From Planctomycetota bacterium (GTDB lineage Bacteria > Planctomycetota > UBA8108 > UBA1146 > JAJFFE01): a stretch of 64,000 nt of DNA. The notes below the pieces were generated by a model, which saw nothing but the letters and a program-made list of their open reading frames with translations, was not told where the DNA came from and searched no databases. This document shows, piece by piece, positions 1-8,622 of the stretch; the first letter of the stretch is position 1, and each line of letters starts with the position of its first letter. The stretch spans positions 1,078 to 65,077 of the forward strand of contig JBFWWP010000032.1 of assembly GCA_050246115.1 (NCBI GenBank), read 5' to 3'. The translations under genes were made by a program, and so were the position numbers.

Positions 1-60
1 GATGTTCTGTCGACCGAAGGAGACCCCCTCGATGCCGAGATTCGGGGGACCGGCAACCTC

Positions 61-753
61 ATGGTTCTCGCGACAACCGACGAGGAGGCAAGACTGCGCG
101 CAAACCTCGACGAGTTGTACGGTGTACTCCGACGCACCAGCACCTGGCGCGTTCACTTCGGCTGGCTGCCCGAGGGGCAAATCACCGCCGGTGGACTGCT
201 GCCCGATGCGACTCTGCAGGCGCTCGTCAAACAGCTCGAGCAAACGCAGACGCTCAGCCTGGCCGCTTTGGATACTCAGAACGTGACGGCTTCGCGCGAG
301 GTAGCCCGCTCTTTCGTCCGCGACGTCGACATCGATCTAACGGGTCTCGACCCGGTGATGAACCCCGCCGTGGACACGGCGAGCGATGGACTCGTCGCCC
401 AACTGAGACCCCTCATCGGCCTCGAGAGCACGCTACTCGTCTTTCACGCGGAGTGGACCGAACTCAGTCCACCGGCGAAGAGGGAAACCGTTCGGGTGCC
501 AGCGACCACGAGCCCGGCAAGTGCCTCGACGACCTCGAAGGCCGAGGACCGGCAGGGTGGAGCCACCGTCACCCAAACGACATCGTCGAGGCCGACCCAC
601 CTGGACCCGGGGGTAACCCTCGAGATTCAACCGGAGGCACGTTGGGAATGGAGACCCAGCGGAGAGGTGTTCGTACCCCGGGGCTACGGACTCGTTCTCG
701 TGGGGCCCGGAGGCAAGCGCTCCCGCGTCATCGTGTTCGAGGAGGTGAGATAG
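61..753 (+). CDS. Hypothetical protein; probably 5'-partial because the frame stays open to base 1
   Basis: 230-aa ORF in track. No stop in-frame upstream to the window edge, so the N-terminus may lie outside. Ends TAG 751-753, overlapping the GTG start of the next gene. No recognisable domain. Confidence 0.4.
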   Translation: MVLATTDEEARLRANLDELYGVLRRTSTWRVHFGWLPEGQITAGGLLPDATLQALVKQLEQTQTLSLAALDTQNVTASREVARSFVRDVDIDLTGLDPVMNPAVDTASDGLVAQLRPLIGLESTLLVFHAEWTELSPPAKRETVRVPATTSPASASTTSKAEDRQGGATVTQTTSSRPTHLDPGVTLEIQPEARWEWRPSGEVFVPRGYGLVLVGPGGKRSRVIVFEEVR

Positions 754-1886
754 TGCAGACGCGAGCCCTGGCACGTTGGGTCGCCTGCGCGGCAATCGTC
801 GTGAGTTCCACGCTCGCCGCAGCTGCGCCACCCGAGACCGTCGATCTCCGGGTCGAGTCCCAACCGCTGCTCGTTCTTTGTGAGCGGCTCGCCCGTCAGT
901 GCGAAGTCGGCCTGGTGGTTCACCGCGAGGCCGTCGAGTCGCTCCAGCAGTCCGTGAGCATCTACGCCAAGGACGCGAAGTGGGACGACGCCTTGAAGCT
1001 CTTTCGCGAAGAGTATGGCGTCGAGTTGCGCCTCACGGAACGGCGCCTCGAGGTCCTCGACGCGGCGGCGGACTTCCGCAAGCGCATCCAGCGCCAGTAC
1101 TTCCCCACGGCGCAGATCACAGCGTCCGTTGACGACTACCCCGCTCCGAAACTGGGCTTCGAGGCGGAAGAAGAGTTCGGCGGAGGAGTCCTCAACTTCA
1201 GTGACGAGGATGGTCCCCCGCCTCTGATCGCCGATCTCGCGGGGCTCGTCGAGCACTCGGTCGGGAGCCTGGAACACTGGGAAAGGGATGGTGTCGGGCT
1301 CACGCTCACCGACGACGGCGGCCTTCTCTCGGTCCAGCAAGTCCCCGAACTCCAGGCCGGCGTTCGGACGTTCCTGGCGACCCTGGAACGAAACGCCACC
1401 CGCCAACTCGTCTGCCGGCTGCACCGACTGCCCGACGAAACGGTGCCGGGACAGTCCATCGCGAAGAGCGCCTACGCCGAACTCACTCGCAACCGGCGCC
1501 CCGAGGCGAGCTTCATGGTCGGGGACGGGCAGCGCAATCACCACTACGCGGGAAACGTCCGAACTTTCGTCGCGGAGTCCTGCGCGGTCGGGAAGTGCAT
1601 CGACCCCGTCGTCCGCGAGCTGCGCAGCGGCCTGGCGCTCGACGTGGAGCCCCACGTCACACGCGAAGGAGTCCTCGCCAACATCTCCTTGTCGCGCTGC
1701 ACCAACTCGGGGAGCACCCGGACTGGGGTGGTCACGGCGGATGGTCTGTCCCAGGTCGAGATCGAGCTCCCCATCCTGCAACACGAGAAGACCGGCGACA
1801 GCCGCCTCGTCCCGTTGGGAGGCGCGGTGGTGTACCTTTTGGGTGACGAGGTCTATGGCGTGAGCTTCGAGGTGTTCGAGCAGTGA
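753..1886 (+). CDS. Secreted protein with N-terminal STN-like (secretin/TonB short N-terminal) motif; function unknown
   Basis: GGAGGTGA Shine-Dalgarno then GTG at 753, within the longer 453..1886 track frame. Signal-peptide-like VQTRALARWVACAAIVVSSTLAAAAP. Motif VDLRVESQPLLVLCERLARQCEVGLVVH...VSIYAKDAKWDDALKLF resembles STN domains. Confidence 0.5.
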   Translation: MQTRALARWVACAAIVVSSTLAAAAPPETVDLRVESQPLLVLCERLARQCEVGLVVHREAVESLQQSVSIYAKDAKWDDALKLFREEYGVELRLTERRLEVLDAAADFRKRIQRQYFPTAQITASVDDYPAPKLGFEAEEEFGGGVLNFSDEDGPPPLIADLAGLVEHSVGSLEHWERDGVGLTLTDDGGLLSVQQVPELQAGVRTFLATLERNATRQLVCRLHRLPDETVPGQSIAKSAYAELTRNRRPEASFMVGDGQRNHHYAGNVRTFVAESCAVGKCIDPVVRELRSGLALDVEPHVTREGVLANISLSRCTNSGSTRTGVVTADGLSQVEIELPILQHEKTGDSRLVPLGGAVVYLLGDEVYGVSFEVFEQ

Positions 1887-2021
1887 CGACGGACGCGCGC
1901 ATCGTCGCTTGCCCGGGAGTCGCTCGAGATCTCCATCGGCCAAAGTCCCCCGTCACGTCGTGGCGGGTGTGGCACCGCTACCACTTGAGCCTCTCGCCGG
2001 GGCAGAGGAGGCCGTTAGGCT

Positions 2022-2567
2022 GTGACACGCTTCTGCAAGCTGTGCGCAATCTTGAGTGTCGCGCTTCTTGGATGCCGAAGCTCGGCACAAGTCATTCCTC
2101 TTGGGGAGTGGCTGTCGGACGACGGACTGGTTTGCATGAGAGTCTGGCAAGAAGGGTACTTTATGTGTGCAGAGCGAAAGCACCCGGCAACAGGTGGCGT
2201 GGGTCCAGAGATTAGCTGGGCTGTTGGCCAGTTCCATGCCGATGGGGTGTCCGTATACGGTCCGACCATGCGGGTGAACGACTATGCACCGCGGCAGAAG
2301 TGGGAAGTGCGTGACGAGGAACTCTTCTTTGACGGAGACTCCACCGGCCTGAGACTGTATCGACTCGCCCGGCACTATCGAATGCAAGTGGGGACGCTGC
2401 CATCGAACATCCGTGAGCCCCCCAAACCAGAGTATGGATCAGCATTGCAGTTGCTCATGGAGGGAGTGAATCCGCTCGAGCATCCTGATTGGCCGCGGGA
2501 CTACCATGGGATCTACGAGCCCACACTGATACCCGCGCGAAAATGGGGCGAAGCCCCCGCCCGATGA
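2022..2567 (+). CDS. Hypothetical secreted/lipoprotein-like protein
   Basis: 181-aa ORF with N-terminal hydrophobic segment CAILSVALLGCRSSAQ (lipobox-like LLGC). Locally lower GC than flanks. No known domain recognised. Confidence 0.45.
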   Translation: MTRFCKLCAILSVALLGCRSSAQVIPLGEWLSDDGLVCMRVWQEGYFMCAERKHPATGGVGPEISWAVGQFHADGVSVYGPTMRVNDYAPRQKWEVRDEELFFDGDSTGLRLYRLARHYRMQVGTLPSNIREPPKPEYGSALQLLMEGVNPLEHPDWPRDYHGIYEPTLIPARKWGEAPAR

Positions 2568-2942
2568 TCGCCTTGCAATCATGACCGATCATGTTCGTTG
2601 ACGGGGAACCTCGGCGGTCGGAAGCGAGGCGAGGCGTCGCGGAGGAGTCGTGGAACGGCGAGTCTTAGCCTCAGCCTCGATGGCCCAAGTCAAGGCAAGC
2701 GGGAGCGTTGCTGGCCCTGGCGGGACGGCTCATCGGGGGGCATGGTGATCCAGGTTGCGGAGGTCGGGATTCGAGCGGCTTGAACTTCGGAAGACGCTTC
2801 TCCGAGTACGACATGATCGTATGCAGGTGCTTTTCGAGAAAGCAGATTGAGTGGAGGCCCACTTGGAGAGAATCTTGGGCCCGAGGCAAGCGCGGCGCGC
2901 GCTGGATTTGGGTCTAGAGTTGCGGCGTGAGGGAGATTCGCG

Positions 2943-3902
2943 GTGGAGCCTTGGAACTCTGATCACGACCTGACGCGCGAGCAGCTGGCGGCGGCACTGG
3001 CTCGGGCGATCGAGAGCCGTGAGTATGTTGGCGAGGTGGACTTCGACGGCAGACCCCGACCGGTTTGGTTTGCGGAGGGTTGGGACTGCGATGTCTTTCG
3101 GGTGTGCGATGCCCGGGGGTGCACGTGGCTGTGCAAGCTCCCGAAACGCGGTGGGGTGCAGCCACACCTTCGGCGAGAGGCGTTGCTCCTCGACGATCTT
3201 CGGCGAGTCGCCGCTGGGTTGGTGCCCCGGATCGGGATGCGTGGTCCGTCGGGGACGTTGCCGTATGAGTGGATCGCGCTCTCCCTAGCTCCGGGGCAAC
3301 CGGTTTTCCCGCTCCTCCGCAGCATCGACCCCGGATCGTTCGGGCGCTCTTACGGGGCGCGCCTGAGCGAACTCCATCGTTGGCATCCGGAGCCGATCGG
3401 TCCGCGTCCGACCTCGACCGTTCACTCCTTCGGGAGACTCATCAACGATGCGCGAACCGCCGCCGATTCGCTGCGACCCCACGTGAGCCGTGATGGCATG
3501 AGGCGGATCGAGAACATGCTGACGCGCGCGGCGGATTACCCAGAGGTCGAGCTTCCCGCGACGTTCGTTCACGGCGATCTCTTTCCTGAACATGTGTACG
3601 TCGATCCCGAAACTTGCCAGGTCATACACCTGATCGACTGGGCCGACGCCAAGTGGGGCGATCCGGCTGTCGACTTCGCACTGCTCGGATGGCTGCTCGG
3701 GGACGACTTCCTGCGTGCTGCGACGGAAGCCTATGGCGGTGAGGACACCGACTCGTTGCGGCTGCGGGCGGCCCAGTTGGGCATGCTCTTCGGCATGTGT
3801 GACGTGCCGGTTGCCGAGCGTGGGGCGCCGAACGTTCCGCTCGCCGAACGCGTCGCGGTGCTCCAGCGTCGCGTGGCGGGGGGCTGGTTGGAGCGAATCT
3901 GA
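2943..3902 (+). CDS. Aminoglycoside/choline-kinase-type phosphotransferase (APH family)
   Basis: Motifs VHGDLFPEHVYVD (catalytic HGD loop) and HLIDWADAKWGDPAVDFALL (DxxD/Mg-binding region) are typical of the APH / protein-kinase-like fold. Confidence 0.7.
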   Translation: MEPWNSDHDLTREQLAAALARAIESREYVGEVDFDGRPRPVWFAEGWDCDVFRVCDARGCTWLCKLPKRGGVQPHLRREALLLDDLRRVAAGLVPRIGMRGPSGTLPYEWIALSLAPGQPVFPLLRSIDPGSFGRSYGARLSELHRWHPEPIGPRPTSTVHSFGRLINDARTAADSLRPHVSRDGMRRIENMLTRAADYPEVELPATFVHGDLFPEHVYVDPETCQVIHLIDWADAKWGDPAVDFALLGWLLGDDFLRAATEAYGGEDTDSLRLRAAQLGMLFGMCDVPVAERGAPNVPLAERVAVLQRRVAGGWLERI

Positions 3903-4139
3903 GCCAGAGGCAAGCCCGCTTGGATTCGCTTTCGTCTGCCGGAACAGACCCGCTCGACCCCTCACTCCCCGTCCGCCACCCGGGAGGGGCAGGCCTCGCG
4001 TGGAAATCGGCTCCGTGGGGGACTTCGCACTCCCATCGGCTTCGCGCTGGGGCGGGCACCCCAACCGGCGCGCTGCCCTGGGTCGCTTCCGCCCTTGAGT
4101 TTCAGGCGGCGCGTTTCAGAATGCGGCGCGGGGGAATCC

Positions 4140-4655
4140 ATGGATGATGATGCGAGCCCGAGATCCGAGAAGAGCACCTCCGAATGGAGCACGCCGATTC
4201 CGTCCGAGAAGGTCGTGGTCGGGTGGCGTGAGTGGTTGTCCCTCCCCGAACTCGGGGTGGACCGGATCAAGGCCAAGATCGACACCGGCGCACGCTCGTC
4301 GGCGATTCACGCGTTCGACGTCGTCGAGTACCACCGCGCTGGACGCCATTGGCTGCGCTTCAATCTGCATCCGCTGCAGCGAAGTAGCGACGTGATCGTG
4401 CCGGCCAGGGCCCGGGTGCTCGATCGCCGCGAAGTCCGGAGCTCGACGGGACATCTGCACCTTCGTTGGTTGATTCGCACCGAGGTGGTGCTCGCCGGGC
4501 AGCGCTTCCCCATCGAACTGACTTTGAGCCGCCGCGACGAGATGGGGTTTCGGATGCTGCTCGGGCGCCAAGCGCTTCGCGGCAGATTCGTGGTCGACCC
4601 GGGGAGGTCGTTCGTCAGCGACCCTCGGCGGCGACGGGCCCGACGCCAGGCCTGA
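4140..4655 (+). CDS. ATP-dependent zinc protease-like / retropepsin-like domain protein (RimK-associated family, PF05618-like)
   Basis: VGWREWLSLPELGVDRIKAKIDTGARSSAIHAF matches the conserved DTGA-containing core of the putative zinc-protease family. Start chosen at ATG 4140 (MDDDASP) inside the 4095 ORF. Confidence 0.6.
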   Translation: MDDDASPRSEKSTSEWSTPIPSEKVVVGWREWLSLPELGVDRIKAKIDTGARSSAIHAFDVVEYHRAGRHWLRFNLHPLQRSSDVIVPARARVLDRREVRSSTGHLHLRWLIRTEVVLAGQRFPIELTLSRRDEMGFRMLLGRQALRGRFVVDPGRSFVSDPRRRRARRQA

Positions 4656-4858
4656 CACGGCACTCGACCCAGATCAAGCACGCACCGCGCTTGATCTGGG
4701 CCTGAGTTCCTTTCACAGGGCTTTCGCAGAGCCCCTTCGTGGATGCGGCAGAGCCGCGTCTACTTCATCCAGACGCACGCTTCCGGTGGAGTGCGCTCCA
4801 ACGGGAACCAGCCTCGATCTGGCGCCGCCCACCAGTCACGTTGCCCGCCAGCTGCTCG

Positions 4859-7477
4859 TCACGGGCAGCTGCTCGGCGGGAACAGGCAACCGAGGAGCAC
4901 GCTGGCCGGGTGGCACGCGGGCAGGGCACCACCCCAAGCCGGCGGAGGAGGTCCGCCGGCAAAGAGCCACGCAAGAAGATAGATCGGGTCGGCGATGTTG
5001 AAGAGGTTGTCACTATTGCAGTCGAGCGCGGCAGTGCAAGACCCTGCGCCCGGCGCGAACGGCGTCGCGCCGAACGGGCCGGAGCCGCCGGCGCCGGGTG
5101 GAAACAGATTGCTCAGCGAGATGATCGCGTCGCCCACGGTGATGTTCCCGGTGCCGTCCGGATCGCCCGCGATGATCATCGTCGGACCTCCGAGCGTGAC
5201 CGAACAACAGGCCGGGGGTGCAATGAGTCCCAGCCCTTGTTCCTCGGCCCGAACGCAGAACTCGACCAAGCCGACGAGACCGGTCACAGTCTGAGTGTAG
5301 CTGAAGGAGAGCGGCCCGAACGGGCTTCCCGGGACTTCCGCTCCGTTCTGGAATACGCGGTAGTGGGTCGGCAGCGGCCCTATCGACGGCGGACTCCACG
5401 TCACGGTCAGCAAGTTCGCGATCGAGGCGTCGCAGTTGACATTCTCGGCCGGGGACAACGCGCCCGTTCCATCCAAGTTCAGACTCGCGAGGGATCCTTG
5501 GTTTCCGAGGGCCGTGATGACGCCGCCCAGAGCGAGGTCGTTGAAGGCCATCTGAGAGTCGGGCGGTAAGAGCGCCAAAGGGTGGCCGGGAACGCTGAGT
5601 TCCAGAGTTTCGTTCGAGCTGTTGGTGATCCACAGTCCGTGCTGGGGATTGAGGTTCTCCGGCGCATGAAGGTCGATGTTCGGGACGCTGAACTGCCCGG
5701 CCCCCGGAGGTCCGGCGAAGTCCACGACCGCCACCGGCCCCAAGTCGTCGACGTTCTCGAGTACCAACGCGTTGTCGACCACGCTGCCCAGGAAGGGGCT
5801 GCCTGCCGGGTCGTTGGAGGTGTCGGAGAGCTCCACTTCGATCTCCGACAGAAACTCGGCGATCGTCGAGAAGTTTACGACCTGGAACACCACATAGATG
5901 GTGAGGGTGGCGCCGGGAGCGCCGGGGATGATCTCGATGGTGGTCGTCTCCTCACAGGCTTCGGGCATATAGCGCGTGCCATCCAGCAGCGTGTCGTAGT
6001 CAGTGTTGTTCTTGCCCTTGAACATGCGGCGCATGCGATCGGCCGCCATTTGGTCTGCGGGGTCGATGCTTGCCTGCGCCATCGCGATCTTCCGGGCCTG
6101 GGCCGCCCAGTAGTTCTTACGTCCGCTGTTGATCACGGCCTGGGCTGCCGGGGAGATCTCGAACGCGGCGGCCCGGCGGATCTTGGTCTTCACGAAGCGG
6201 AAGGTCGGTGGCGTCGGCGGCAGTTGGATGTTCAGGCAGATGATCACGATGCCCGCCCGCGGATCGAGCGGGTCGACCGCGAAGTCGTTCATGCGCACGA
6301 GGATTCCGGTTTCATTCGGATCGTCGGGCCCGGGGAACGTCCCGAATCCGAGGCCGCCGCTCGCAAGCGAACCCGTGAGCGGGGAACTCGGGTCGAACAG
6401 ACGGGAGCGAGGAACCCCACACTCGACGTTCGCCGGGTTGCCATTGACCACTTGGAGCTCGGGTGGGCAAGGGCCGCCTGCATAGTGGAAGATGGGGATG
6501 CTGGTTCCCAGCTCGCGTATCTCGAACTGACCGATGCCGACCGAGGAAGGCCCGAAACCCCCGATCTGGATCAGCACCGTTTGCCCGGCGCTGGCAAGGA
6601 AGCGCACGGTCGACGTGAAGTTGTTGCAACCGGGTTCGTCGTCTTGGCACGCGATGGGGGGGAAGAGTCCCGGGTCGGGCGGGCACGGAACGCTATTGTC
6701 CCAGACAGCGATCCGAGTGTCGAAGTTGCCGATGTTGCACGTCGTGATCTCGATCTCGCCGCCATGGGTTACGGTATAGGTCCACCACAGGTCGTTGTGG
6801 ATGATCGGGTCGAGGCCGAACCACGGTGCACAAGTAGCCGGGATGATCCCCAGGCCGTCGGTTGTTGCCGTCGTCGTGTCGAGCGGGTTGAGTCCTTGGA
6901 CGGCCGCCAGAGGGTTCGTACAGCTGTCGTTGAGCGCTGGCGGGCCGCAGTTGACCGTGATCTGCCCAGCCCCGACCGCGCCATTGTATCCGCAAACCTG
7001 GAGGAGGTAGGTGGCGCCCGCGACGACCGGCCACATGACTACCGACTGCAGCCCACACGTGTCGTCGTCGCAGCCGACCTCCAAAGCCGGCGGGCACACC
7101 GTGTCGGCGTAGACCACGAGGCGAGTATCGTAGCTGCTTCCGCACATCGTGGCCGTCGCAAGACCGGTACAACTCGCCGTGTAGGTGTACCAAATGTCGA
7201 CCGGCTCGAGGGTGCCGCCACAGCTCGGGATCGGACCATCGTTCGAGTCGAAAGTCGTGTCGAACGACTGAGTCCCACCGTCGCTGAGCGGGATGGCGGA
7301 GAAGCAGCTGTTGTTCACCGACTGCGCATCGACGATCGCGATCCAGGAGGTTGCGATGAAACACGCCAGTCGTACCCACACGGTCCCGAGTGATCTCGAA
7401 GCGAATCGGGCCGTCGAGCCATGCGTCGGACTGGAGCGAGACCTGGTTGCCGGTAGCTGGATCCTGGTTCGGAACAT
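4859..7477 (-). CDS. Large secreted protein: two N-terminal PPC-like (pre-peptidase C-terminal) Cys-rich domains and a C-terminal dockerin-like double Ca-loop module
   Basis: Start taken at internal ATG 7477 (MFRTRIQ), ahead of the hydrophobic signal LACFIATSWIAIVDAQS. Two tandem ~120-aa repeats carry the DIWYTYT...SSYDTRLVVY...TYLLQVCGYNG and DLWWTYTV...NFDTRIAVW...TVLIQIGGFG patterns. C-terminus has DPDGTGNITVGDAIISLSNLF and NSDNLFNIADPIYLLAWLF loops and ends ...SSCP. Confidence 0.6.
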   Translation of the reverse strand: MFRTRIQLPATRSRSSPTHGSTARFASRSLGTVWVRLACFIATSWIAIVDAQSVNNSCFSAIPLSDGGTQSFDTTFDSNDGPIPSCGGTLEPVDIWYTYTASCTGLATATMCGSSYDTRLVVYADTVCPPALEVGCDDDTCGLQSVVMWPVVAGATYLLQVCGYNGAVGAGQITVNCGPPALNDSCTNPLAAVQGLNPLDTTTATTDGLGIIPATCAPWFGLDPIIHNDLWWTYTVTHGGEIEITTCNIGNFDTRIAVWDNSVPCPPDPGLFPPIACQDDEPGCNNFTSTVRFLASAGQTVLIQIGGFGPSSVGIGQFEIRELGTSIPIFHYAGGPCPPELQVVNGNPANVECGVPRSRLFDPSSPLTGSLASGGLGFGTFPGPDDPNETGILVRMNDFAVDPLDPRAGIVIICLNIQLPPTPPTFRFVKTKIRRAAAFEISPAAQAVINSGRKNYWAAQARKIAMAQASIDPADQMAADRMRRMFKGKNNTDYDTLLDGTRYMPEACEETTTIEIIPGAPGATLTIYVVFQVVNFSTIAEFLSEIEVELSDTSNDPAGSPFLGSVVDNALVLENVDDLGPVAVVDFAGPPGAGQFSVPNIDLHAPENLNPQHGLWITNSSNETLELSVPGHPLALLPPDSQMAFNDLALGGVITALGNQGSLASLNLDGTGALSPAENVNCDASIANLLTVTWSPPSIGPLPTHYRVFQNGAEVPGSPFGPLSFSYTQTVTGLVGLVEFCVRAEEQGLGLIAPPACCSVTLGGPTMIIAGDPDGTGNITVGDAIISLSNLFPPGAGGSGPFGATPFAPGAGSCTAALDCNSDNLFNIADPIYLLAWLFAGGPPPPAWGGALPACHPASVLLGCLFPPSSCP

Positions 7478-7790
7478 GAGATTCCCCTTTCGGTTGCGTG
7501 CCGGCCTGTGCTTCGCTCCTCGCGAGCACCCAGGTCGAGCACCGTTGGCGGGGCAACCACGGCGTTGTCGTGGAGTTGCTCCAGCTCCTCGTTGAGGAAT
7601 GGAGCCAATTGCGGACACACAATTCGGTGAGAACGAGGGGTCGTAGCGATTGTGGCCCACTCCCGGGACCCGGGTCGTCGCGCGTCTTGGGTGGCCAAGC
7701 CGCGATCGCGTCACCCCAGAAACGCTCGCCTTCGGCTCATAGCGCCAGCGCCAACTGGAGGCGCTCGTAAGTGTGCTCGCTCTTGGGGCA

Positions 7791-8489
7791 CTAGTCTGGG
7801 GCGGGACTTTCTTCGATGCCCAGGCGCCGCAACTGCTCGCGCAGTCGCGCGACCGCGCGTCGGTGGCGTTGGCGGGTCGCGTCCTCGCGGAGGCCGAGCG
7901 CCTTCGCGGCCTCGGGTAGGGGAACGTCCTCGTAATCGAGGAGCACCAGGATCTCCTGGTCAGCTGGGGCGAGTCGGGCGAAGGCCCGTTGCAGCCAGGC
8001 CGCGCCTTCGGTGCGCTGCAGGGCCTGCGATGGGGTCGATTGGTCTCCGGTGAAGCCGTCGAGACCTGGGTGAGCGTGGCTGGTCTCTCGGACCTCGGGT
8101 TTGGCTTCTCGGTCTACGCTCCGCTTTTGGGCGCGCTCGCGCTCGATGGCCTTGAGGAGGCTGTACTCCGCGATTTGGTCGAGATACGCGCGAAACGCGG
8201 TCGGGCCCAGATTCTCGAAACGATGGCGCAGCGAGACCAACTCGAGTGCCGTGAGTTGCACGATGTCGCTCGCTCCCAACCGCGCGCGGTACTTTGCCGG
8301 CAGACGCGCCGCGATGCGCTCCCGCAGCCGCGGGCCCTCCAGTTCGACGATCTCGCCGAGCGCCGTGTCATCGCCGGCAGCGAAACGAGCCAGCAGAGAC
8401 TCAGCGGCGCGCTCCGATCGCGCTTCGTCTTCGGGGGGATTCTCGGAACGCGCCACCGGTACGGCCTCCAGCCTGGGTACGATCGACAT
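7791..8489 (-). CDS. ECF-type RNA polymerase sigma-70 factor
   Basis: Region-2-like DIVQLTALELVSLRHRFENLGPTAFRAYLDQIAEYSLLKAI and region-4-like LAPADQEILVLLDYEDVPLPEAAKALGLREDATRQRHRRAVARLRE. Start at ATG 8489 (MSIVPRL) inside the longer track ORF. Divergent from the Ser/Thr kinase gene. Confidence 0.75.
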   Translation of the reverse strand: MSIVPRLEAVPVARSENPPEDEARSERAAESLLARFAAGDDTALGEIVELEGPRLRERIAARLPAKYRARLGASDIVQLTALELVSLRHRFENLGPTAFRAYLDQIAEYSLLKAIERERAQKRSVDREAKPEVRETSHAHPGLDGFTGDQSTPSQALQRTEGAAWLQRAFARLAPADQEILVLLDYEDVPLPEAAKALGLREDATRQRHRRAVARLREQLRRLGIEESPAPD

Positions 8490-8622
8490 GCCAACCCGCA
8501 GTCGGGCGATGCAGGGACGAGACGACCCCCGCCCGTCCGGGTGCTCCATTGTAGCCCCCGCGCCTACCCCGGCCACTGACGTGACCCTTGTCCGATCCTC
8601 GCCCCTGTGATTCGATGGACAA

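Noticed and set aside
684-1943. 419-aa minus-strand ORF antisense to the 753..1886 gene
   Set aside because: Pro/Arg/Gly-rich low-complexity translation, typical of a high-GC antisense frame. No domain. Fully overlaps a gene with clear signal peptide and SD.
5582-7393. 603-aa plus-strand ORF antisense to the 4859..7477 secreted protein
   Set aside because: Arg/Gly/Asp-rich, domain-free, and nested inside the more credible gene on the opposite strand.
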